64,000 nucleotides of DNA, from the NCBI GenBank assembly GCA_951406725.2, contig OX597823.1, positions 75,268,001 to 75,332,000 on the forward strand, given 5' to 3'. The notes beneath the pieces were generated by a model. That model saw nothing but the letters and a program-made list of their open reading frames with translations. It ran no database searches and was not told where the DNA came from. This document shows positions 26,046 through 37,765 of the stretch, one piece after another; within the stretch, counting starts at the first letter, position 1; each line of letters starts with the position of its first letter. The position numbers were made by a program, and so were the translations under genes. Source of the stretch: Octopus vulgaris (Eukaryota).

Positions 26046-26220
26046 GAATCCAGCCAGCCAGCCGTCTACATTTCACTGTCAGTTTAGCAACATGTACATG
26101 AAAGGTCGCGTCATCACTCATGTGAATACCCAGGTCACGCACTGATTGTGGCAGTAGTTGCTTTGCGCATTTCTCAATGTGCTCACTAAAAGGTATCATT
26201 CTATATACTGGGAATGCAAT
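26046..26220 (-). mobile_element. Fragment of a second, related LINE (RT C-terminal region), interrupted by a 64-bp PLE-derived patch
   Basis: Minus-strand [35 protein letters not shown] is homologous to, but distinct from, NNIRDLGVIVDNNVSWATHINTKVDMARRMCSWI of the + strand LINE. Confidence 0.8.
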
Positions 26221-26232
26221 CTGTATATATAC

Positions 26233-26428
<196 letters not shown>

Positions 26429-26558
26429 GATTGATATGATTGATTCTAGTTTCATATGATATGCTGGGGCACCGCCATTTTGTGTGTTGCTACTTGTTTA
26501 CTTATATAGCAGCTGCTATTTGGTGCATGAGAGAGTTCGATGCAGCTCCCTATCTGCC

Positions 26559-26637
<79 letters not shown>

Positions 26638-26639
26638 GA

Positions 26640-27145
26640 ATTGTATATAGAATGATACCTTTTAGTGAGCACATTGAGAAATGCGCAAAGCAACTACTGC
26701 CACAATTTTTAATCTTCCCATTTTACCAATGTGCTTTCGGATCATCAACACAAATGAGACTGAACAAGGAAACATTCTTCATTGAAAAGTACAAACCCAG
26801 AATCAACCATCCCAACATACTGACACAGAGAAATTAACAAGGAAAAGGGAAAAGAAATTTTAAGCGATTATCTCCCCTACACCGGAAAAAATCACTCACT
26901 ACCTCCCCTTATTTAGAAATCTCCTGAAATAAAAACAACGATAATTCCATGCAATATAAACATAACGTCACAAGAAATTTGAAAAGCTACACGCGAAACC
27001 GGTAATTTCTTTAAAAATTTTAAAATTATGTCATTTTAAGGAAAGGGAAAAAATTTTTCCACTATTCTCCAGACATTTTGACACAAATATATATATTTTT
27101 TAACATTTAAGCCTTCTGTGGTTTTTTCACACTTTACTATTTTCT
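26640..27145 (+). mobile_element. Penelope-like element 3' fragment (GIY-YIG C-terminus plus terminal repeat with degenerate hammerhead)
   Basis: [11 protein letters not shown]...IFPFYQC...RLNKETFFIEKYKPRIN resembles a PLE endonuclease C-terminus. A hammerhead-like motif lies at 26972-27011. Flanked by (TA)n. Confidence 0.7.
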
Positions 27146-29093
<1,948 letters not shown>

Positions 29094-30554
29094 GTGTGTG
29101 TGTGCGTTTGTGTGTGTGAAGAGATAGGGAAGGAGAGAGAGCTAGGCTAGAGGTAGTTATGATGTTGGTCTTTCAAACCTTGAGCAATTAATGTTTCAAC
29201 CATGTGGTCGTTCGGGTGTTGCTGTTGTTATTTCAGTTTTATTACATGCGCGTGTTCATGCTTACGTTCTTAGATATCTTTTGTATGTTTGATACATGTT
29301 TTATAGTGCTTCTTCACGTTGTTTTATTGTTAATGGTGATTTAGATCATGGTGTTTTGTTTTTTTCCTATGCAGCTTCCGTGATGTATATAGAAATTTTA
29401 CTTTAAACTCGTTACCCATTGTGTAACGAAACATTTGGCATCGAATATATCCAATGAGTCGTATGAAAATGTCTAGTAGACAATGGTGGTGAGAATGCAG
29501 AGATAATGGTTGCCAAATTAAAGGAGAAAACATATCGTAGGGTAACGTATTTAAGCTTTTGAATTGTTGTCTCTTGTTATCATAGGAACCCATCTTCAAT
29601 ATTCCTTCAACTATATTAATGCCGGATTGTATTTAAGGAAATCATGAAGAATATCCTATAGACCATAGAAATTATAATTTGTCAGAAGTAAAATTTAAAA
29701 TATTTAACATAATACATCTTTGTGTATTATGGAGAGCTGAAGGCGCTGCAATATAGTTTATATTTCTAAATGAAGACTAGGTATGATTTATTATTTCATA
29801 ATAATTTCTAATATTGTACTGAAAATATAAAATAATTTTTAGATTAACATCAATTGCATGCCTAATTTTCTATCACATCATTTACTCTCACGTCGAGTTC
29901 TCCTTCGTTGATTAATCTTCAGTAGCTCCCAGTTAGGTGAACCACGTTTTATTAAAGTTCACTCACTTTACGGAACTCTTTATGGCGCTTTTCTTTTGGG
30001 TGTAACTATTTTCATTTTTTTACTTCCTATTGTATCTATTCCCATTTCATAAACATTCTTTCGTTTCTACACGCTCTCCTAACTAGAGATATTTTTTCAG
30101 TAAACTGTTACTGTAATATGAAACAGAACTCTTCCAATTTGTAAATGGTATTTTCTAATATAGCCTGAGTTACACTGTCTGAAAACAAAATCACAAGGAA
30201 GTCTTAGGCAGAAATGGTTTTGTTCTTGATCGGTTGGGAAAATATCAAATAGTGATCATCTGCAAATAATATGAATGGACGAGACAAAATAATAGATTGT
30301 CATTTTGAATTTCTTTGAGAATGAAAAGATTATGCTCTAATTAAGGGTCAGTATCAGTTTTATTAAACGAACGTCAAGTAAGATTCATGAACAAGCGATT
30401 GTGATAAAACTTACGTATTTATTTATTATTTTTAGCAAGGTATGTTTTGAGATTATCAGCAACTTGTTGATAAGTGGATGGATATTGAATGTGAAATGAC
30501 ATTATAAACCCAATTGTATGACAGTATATTTTGTCTAAACGTAATACTATATTC

Positions 30555-30895
30555 TTTTCTACTACCGGCACAAGGCCCGAAATTTTGGAGGAGGGAGCTG
30601 GTCGATTCAATAGACCCCAGTACGCAACTGATACTTAATTTACCGACCCCGAAATTATAAAAGGCAAAGTCGATCACGGCAGAACGACGAAATACCTATT
30701 TGTTTACTACCCACAAGGAGCTAAACACAGAGAGGACAAACAAAGACAGACAACCGGATTAAGTCGATTATATCGACCCCAGTGCGTAAATGGTACTTAT
30801 TTAATCGACCCCGAAAGAATGAAAGGCAAAGTCGATCACGGCGAAATTTTAACTCAGAACGTAGCGGCAGACGAAATACCGCTAAGCATTTCGCC
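30555..30895 (-). mobile_element. Nested/dimeric tRNA-derived SINE (Nin/Deu-like): two bodies with different tails
   Basis: Two copies of AAAGGCAAAGTCGATCACGGC. The 11-mer GACGAAATACC is repeated at 30686-30696 and 30870-30880. Confidence 0.85.
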
Positions 30896-31905
30896 TGTCC
30901 TGAAACGCAATATTGCATCATGAAATTTTTGATACTGATTTTACAGAATATTTATTTAATCGATTAATGCTGACCTGGATATAACATTGCTTCCTTCCTA
31001 CAAATTTATGAAGTCAAAGGATGTCTGAATCAGTATAGTCATTGCCATAATATTTTAATATATTTTCATATATCGTTATGTCCAATGTTAAATTATAGTC
31101 ATTATATAGAACCAACCTCGAAGAGCACTAGTACCGTCAGACAGATCTACATTTTGAACATGTATTTAACAAAATCCTATTATAGGAACTATGAGAAGAA
31201 GAAATATATGACGGTTATTAATAAGAACCTTTATGAATTTTTAAATAACGTTTAGAGTGAGAACTAAATATTAAAATCGATAATGTAAAAAAAAAAAAAA
31301 ACAATAACAAAAATTCTCTGCATGACGAAATGAAGGAAATAAAAATACGAAAGAAAAAATAAAACTATGGAAGCGCTGATCCCTCTATAATATTGTGTAT
31401 AATATTTAAAATTATTGATCGATATAAAGAACAATATAGCTGGGAATATTAGATGCATTTAACCCCTTTAAATATTACAGAAAATAATAATTAAATATCG
31501 ATCTTTATAGATTAGTGAAGAATCCATATGCTGTGCATTGGAACGATAAATTGAACGAAAGTGTTGGAAACTTGTTGGTGAGAAGTGAATAAGGAAAACA
31601 GTGATTAATAAACAAAAATAACAATAAATCTGTATAAAATGGAAGAAGTAAATGTGTTTCTACTGAATGTGTGAGCAAATGAAGGAAATATATAAAGGGA
31701 TAGACTAAATTGAAAACACTTCTGAAATGGAAAGTCGAGTCAATGAGAAAGTATATATATTGATGAATTGAAGCACTGCAAGAAACAGAGGTCCGTGTAT
31801 TTATAATACTACAATCAAGAATTGTCAGTAACGTACAGGGTAATATACATAATTTGGTTAAATGATGGCCCTAAAATGACAAGGAATACAACTGATGTTG
31901 GTCTA

Positions 31906-31942
31906 GCGCAGGAGTGGCTGTGTGGTAAGAAGCTTGCTAACC
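31906..31942 (+). mobile_element. 5' head of an OR/CORE-type SINE, interrupted by a 4.27-kb insertion
   Basis: GCGCAGGAGTGGCTGTGTGGTAAGAAGCTTGCTAACC matches the start of the uninterrupted copy at 37391. The SINE resumes at 36213. Confidence 0.9.
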
Positions 31943-33880
31943 TTGAAAGTGTTCGGACGTGTTTTTTAGCTGCTGCCGGATGTCACGTCTTTCGGCGTGA
32001 ATTATTGAATTTTGAGACTCGACTACAGGTAGGCGTTTGCTGTACATTTTTAGGGGCTTAGTGAAGTTTATTGCTCTGTATTTATTATTTTTTGGAGAGT
32101 AATAGACTCCACTTTGCTCCTCATATTTTTCTGTCTGTGGTCGAGCGTAAAGACTCACTTTGCAGTGAGAATTGTGGTTTTGAGGAGGCGTAGCCCCCCC
32201 TCAAAAATTAATTGCCTTTCTGTTGGATTTACCAAGAAGTACCAAGGATAACCAAGAACTGTTTTGGACGTTTGGCCAGGAGTGCCTTTTCGGCCATAAA
32301 AATTAATTCCTTTGCTGAATTTGAACTCTCTTCTTTCAGCTATCGTTTATTTTAAAAATAACTCTTCTGAACTGTTATTTTATTGTAATTCTTCTCTACT
32401 GTTATGTTTTCCCTTCTCCCTTTTGTATCTTATTTATTTCTTACACTTTTGAACTTTAATTGAATTCCGTTTCGAAATGCCAAAAAATATTTAAAAGAGC
32501 TGGAAAGGAAGACCGTGGTGTTGAGGACTTATTCGAAGTCGCTCGACAACATAGCTGTCTTCCCAAAGGTCACAATTTAAAACGAGCTGGCGGACTACAT
32601 GCAAGCCGTTAAATTTATCTCACGGGGAGTGAAATACGCAACGGTCTGGTTGCTATTTGACTCCCCAAAAGAAGCTTGCGACTTTCCAAGCCATCCCCTT
32701 GAGGGCAAAGAAATATTGTTTCTCCCAAACTATATGGGAGAAAAAACTATTGAGGGCTTGGATCTGCGGCCTACCACCCGGAGTTGAGCCGGAGTGGATA
32801 GAGGACTCTATCCGCCGGGGTCTGGGTGGTAGCAGTGCAAAGCTGCTAAATGTAAAAATGTTGCCTGCGGCTGATTGGGAGGGGTCGAAAGCTGTTTTGA
32901 CCCTATGGAACCAATCAGCCAAAAGTCTGGTTTTTCCAGATTTCTTGAGGATGGCCGGGTCCAGGTATCTGGTGATGCTTGAGGGCCCCCCACAAGTGTC
33001 GCTTGTGCCTGGAGACCGACCACATTAAGAAGAACTGCCCCAGGGACCAAAGTAGGATCCTGGAGCAGTTAATGTTGGAATCTCTCCCTGCTCCCCCAAT
33101 GGAGTGAGAGAAACAGAACGAGGAAATTGCTACATCATAAGAAAAAGGAAAGATGGGCAATAATGGTGACCCACAGAAAGACCCGGGAGCTGCGGGAGAA
33201 AAAGAGGACCCGTTGTGTGCAACACGGGAGCCTCACCCTCCCGCGGCCCAGGAAAAAAAAGAAGAAAGAGAAACAGGACGCCGCCGGCGGATTGTAACAC
33301 GCAGACGGCGTCTCCCAAGCTTCCTCAGGCGGGTATGCCGCCGGAGGATCAATATGTGGTCCTCTTCCACAAAGGACGAAAGCTTGAAAACGAGATAGGT
33401 AAAATGAAAGAGAAAGGCCAATGGGAGGGACTTTGGTCCTGCACGGAGGACCCTGAGTGGCCTTCGCAAGTGGCTGCTGAGGTCCTATGGGATAGCGATC
33501 TGTGCAGGATCGTGAATTCCTTCCCGGAGGACTCCTTTCAATATATACCTGAATGGCGCGGCCCGACAAAGAATGATTGCCTCATTAAAGCACGAGCGCT
33601 GGTCGGCCGAGTGACTTGAACTTTTTGAATGTTTTAAAAAGAAAAATTGTATCATATTGAGAAAGAGGTTCATTGCCTCATTTTGACTTTTGTGAAATTT
33701 TGGACTTTGAATTTTTTGAAAAAATGTACATTGTCTTAGAGAAGCGGAAGTCGGCGGGCGCTTTCGTCTTCTCACATCACCATCTTTGTTTCATCACCAT
33801 CATTCATACCATCAATGTCTACGTCCAGTCCGCAAAGCTACATCTATGTACTGCCTTCATGGCAAATTTACTGAATAAAA
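31943..33880 (+). mobile_element. ORF1-only non-LTR retroelement, copy A (HAL1-like architecture; Tx1/L1-type gag-like ORF1)
   Basis: ~530-bp 5' leader, a degenerate ORF with a CCHC knuckle, a structured 3' tail ending AATAAAA, then the target copy GTAGCTTGTTAAC (33881-33893). No RT or endonuclease motifs. Confidence 0.82.
32477..33619 (+). pseudogene. gag-like ORF1 pseudogene (RRM-like region, CCHC knuckle, K/E/R-rich linker, C-terminal domain)
   Basis: TVVLRTY...KFISRGVKYATVWLLFDSPKEAC...RAWICGLPPGVEPEWI. The knuckle CRLCLETDHIKKNCP is in a shifted frame near 32996-33040. Collinear with copy B. Confidence 0.8.
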
Positions 33881-33893
33881 GTAGCTTGTTAAC

Positions 33894-36212
33894 AGGTTGC
33901 TTCTACGCATGTGCAAGTCAATGTGGTGCTCGACACCGAAGATGTAAGACGTGTTTTTGAAAGCCGTCTTAAATTGAAGATTTTTGAATACTCAGCCGTA
34001 AGGTAAGAATTTTGGGGGTCTTGTGGGGACCTGTTTTATGTTGCAATTTATTTTTACAAGCAACAAGTCTTCACTGAGCTCTTGTCTGCCGCAGGCTGAG
34101 TGAAAATATTATTCACTTAATTGTGAAAATTATTGGTTTGGTAGGCGTATCCTGCCAAACTTTCGTTAAAGTTGGAATGATTTTTTAACTGTTTTCTTAA
34201 ATTTTGGCCGTAACGGTGAATTGAGAATTCTTCTTGTGAATTCTAGTGGGCGTATCTCGCAAGAAAACTATAAGAATAAGCCACTTGGATTACCCTTTTG
34301 GATTACCTTTTGGACAAATTTTTGTGGAAGTTGTGTTCCAGTTGCGGCGTTCCAGGTTCAACTTAGGCCGGGAGTACCGTAAGGCCAGAAGATTTTTGCT
34401 GTGTTTTTGCTGTTTATTGACTTTCTTTTGAACTTTATTTAACACCCCTTTTTGTTTGTTTTTTTTTGTTTATTATGACTTTCCGTTGATTTCTTCCCTT
34501 CTGTTGTGCTTTCTCCCTTTTGTATCTTCCCTATTTTTTCAAAAAAATCTTTCGAATTTTATTTGGACTTTTTTCTTCTCGCGTTTTAAGTTTATTTTGA
34601 ATATATTTAAAAAAACAAAACAAAACATGGCAATGAAAAATGACAAAATTTTGGAATGGGAGATTATACCGCCTAAAATGTGGTTAAAAGACCGTGAAGA
34701 TAGGACGGTGGTGTTGAGAACCTACTACAAGCCACTCGACACCATCGCCCTATTCGAAAAGACGGCAATTGAAAAGGAGTCGGCAGGGTATTTGCCAACA
34801 ATTAAGTTCATTTTCAGGGGTGTCAGATATGCAACGGTGTGGTTGCTATTTGACACCCCTGAAGAGGCTTGCAAATTAGCTAGTAAACCCCTGGAGGGTA
34901 AGGACATTTTATTTCTGCCCACGTACCATGGGAAGAGACTGACGAAAGCTTGGATCTGCGGGCTGCCACCCGGGATAAAACCCGAGTGGATAAAGGAGAG
35001 TATCCGCCGGGGTCTGGGTAGCAGCGGAACTAAGCTTCTTAATGTGAAAGTTCTTCCTGCGGCTGTTTTGGTTGGGTCAAAAGCAATTTTGACCCTTCGG
35101 ACCCAATCAGCCAATGTGATTCTTCCAGATTTTTTGAAAATGGCCGGGTGATACTTGAGGGTCACCCCGCTAGGTGTCATCGGTGCTTGGAGTCCGGCCA
35201 TATAAAGAAAAACTGTCCCCGGGAACAAAATAGGATCCCGGAGCAGTTAAGTGAAACCCCTGTAGAAGAGGGAATGAAGACGGCCGAAGAAGCGGAGGAC
35301 TCCTCAAACAGAGGCCGAAAGGGGAAGGTGAGCAACAATGGATGCTCACCAAAGGATACTAGGGATGAGGAGCGAAAGGCGAATCTTCCGGCCGCAGAGG
35401 AGACGCACCCTCCCTCAGTTGAAAAGAAAAAAGAAAAAAGAGGAAGAGAAACGGGACATTACCGGCAGTCGGTGACATAGTACCAGAATGTCCCGGAACT
35501 ACGTCGGTTGGGGTTGTGCCACCGACAGGAGAAGAAACACCGTTGGTGGGAACTGTGCCGCCAACGAAGAATTGAATATCCAGCGCCCGAGGAAAAACGA
35601 TGTATTGATCCTCTTCCATAGAGGCGGAGAGATTGAAAAGGTGATGGAAAAGCAACATAAGGGAGCACCTTTAGCCTTCACACAGGACCGCGAATGGCCT
35701 CAGCAGGTAGCTGTGGAGGCCGTGGCGTTCGACGTGACGCTTGGGCTGAAGGAGCTCAATGAGGATTATAGCTTGGTCCCGGGCGACGCTAACACGGAAC
35801 TCGATTACATTCTGAGGGAGGCGTGGTGGATGACGGAGGGTGCGGGCACAAGTTATTTTGAGGACGAGTCATAAATTGTGATACGACTTGAGGGGCCCCG
35901 ACCTAGAGCTGACGCATTCCTAAGGGAATGTAAGCCAGGTATGTGAGGAGGGGCTTGGTGTATTGTATTTATATCATATGTAATCAAGTCCAAAAATTGA
36001 AAAGTTGTAAAAATTGTAAGAGGTTTAATATCTCGTTTTGTGTTTGTTTTTAAAAGAACAATGTTTTAGAGAAGCAGAAGTCGGCGGGCGCCTTTTGTCT
36101 TCTCCCATCCCCATCTTTCTTTCATTATCCTTCATTTCATTAATGTCCTCGTCCAGCCCGCAAAGCTAACTTACTCTATGCACTGCCTTTAAGGCAAATG
36201 TTATGAAATAAA
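33894..36212 (+). mobile_element. ORF1-only non-LTR retroelement, copy B (diverged relative of copy A)
   Basis: ~730-bp leader, ORF1, ~340-bp 3' UTR with the same structured tail ending AAATAAA, then the target copy TAGCTTGCTAACC (36213-36225). Confidence 0.82.
34627..35874 (+). pseudogene. gag-like ORF1 pseudogene with CX2CX4HX4C zinc knuckle
   Basis: ATG at 34627 (MAMKNDKILEW...). ORF pieces 34456-35151, 35148-35480 (CHRCLESGHIKKNCP) and 35488-35874. Confidence 0.85.
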
Positions 36213-36600
36213 TAGCTTGCTAACCAACCACAAGGTTCTAGGTTCAGTCCCACTGCTTGGCATCTTGGGCAAGTGCCTTCTGCTATAGCCCCAGGCCGTC
36301 CAATGCCTTGTGAGTGGATTTGGTAGACGGAAACTGAAAGAAGCCTGTCGTATATATATATATATAAATATACATGTATAGGTGTGGGTGTTTGTGTGTC
36401 TGTGTTTGTCCTCCTAGCATTGCTTGGCAGCCGATGCTGGTGTGTTTACGTCCCCGTCACTTAGCGGTTCGGCAAAAGAGACCGATAGAATAAGTACTGG
36501 GCTTACAAAGAATAAGCCTTGGGATCGATTTTCTCGACTAAAGGTGGTGCTCCAGCATGGCCACAGTCAAATGACTGAAACAAGTAAAAGAGTAAAGAGA
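36213..36600 (+). mobile_element. Remainder of the interrupted OR/CORE-type SINE
   Basis: AACCACAAGGTTCTAGGTTCAGTCCCACTG (B box), TTGGGCAAGTG core, an internal TA/TG tract, and the 3' end GACTGAAACAAGTAAAAGAGT. Confidence 0.92.
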
Positions 36601-37390
36601 GTGAGTAGACAGAGAGTTTCCGAATGGACAAAAATAATAATTTTAATGAATTATACACACACACACATATACAATCACAAACCTAGGTATATTGAAAATA
36701 AATTTAACTGATTACGTAAATATTATATGACGCAAGTGGAAAACCCTGTCTGAAATACACTGTTAGGATAGTAACTCAGATAAAAATGAAATGAAGTACG
36801 TGTAAATGAAAAATATGCTTCACTACATTTTATTAGGCGATGTAACAATAACAGTCTCAGCAATTTTAATACTAATGAACGAAATGATGACAAAGGAATA
36901 TTTTTAGAAATAAAAGAAACATTGTGACAAAGCAAGCATTTTTGACGCAGTGGAATGAAATAAATGAATACATATTCGAATACTGAAGAAAAACAGGTAG
37001 GGGAAAAATACTGTTGGTTGTAAAGGAGAAATTAGGGGAGAGATAGGAAAAATTGTTGCGTTTAGAATTAAAACCAAATAATAAAGTCTCAAAGCAGAAC
37101 TTATGAGTTGCAAATAAAATAATAGGTAAAATAAGAGGATTTGGATAAAATATAATGAAAGCATAGACGTGGAGCAAATAAAAATAACTAAAGCAATTTT
37201 TGCAACATCTAATTATTGCTGCAGTATTTCATAATTGGGTAACATATCAACTTTGATATTTTTCTTGCGTAAATGTTCATTGCTGATCGCTATGATAGAT
37301 AAACGTCTTATATTTAGAGAGATATCATTGGAGTAATGAAACAAATTATCTGAAGGTGTGAGAAAATGATGTATAAGAAAAATATAATTC

Positions 37391-37569
37391 GCTGTGTGGT
37401 AAGTAGCTTGCTTACCAATCACATTGTTCTAGGTTCGGTTCCACTGCGTGGTACCTTAGGCAAGTGTCTTCTACTAGGATCTCGGGCCGACCAAAACTTT
37501 GTGAGTGGATTTGGTAGAGGGAAACTGAAAGACGCCCGTCGTGTGTATGTATGTATGTATGTATGTATG

Positions 37570-37600
<31 letters not shown>

Positions 37601-37765
37601 TTGTTCCCTCAACATCACTTGACAACCCGTAATTTAGCGGTTCCGCAAAACAGACCGATAGAATAAGTACTAGTCTTACAAAAAGTCCTGAGGTCGATTT
37701 GCTCGACTAATGGCGGAGCTCCAGCACGGCCGATGTCAAATGACTGAAACAAGTAAAAGAGAGAG
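37391..37765 (+). mobile_element. OR/CORE-type tRNA-derived SINE, uninterrupted copy
   Basis: GCTGTGTGGTAAGTAGCTTGCTTACCAATCACATTGTTCTAGGTTCGGTTCCACTGCGTGG... through GACTGAAACAAGTAAAAGAG. Confidence 0.92.

Noticed and set aside
25700-26150. Inverted LINE pair around the gap as a real fold-back structure
   Set aside because: The two LINE pieces differ in sequence and are separated by a scaffolding gap, so adjacency and orientation are unverified.
31943-36212. Alternative reading as an LTR retrotransposon or a simple tandem duplication
   Set aside because: The shared sequence is at the 3' ends only, with no TG...CA LTR pair. The copies are strongly diverged, and each is followed by its own target copy and A-rich tail.
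37391-37450. tRNA gene
   Set aside because: A/B-box-like heads here and in the other SINEs continue into SINE bodies and do not form a complete cloverleaf.
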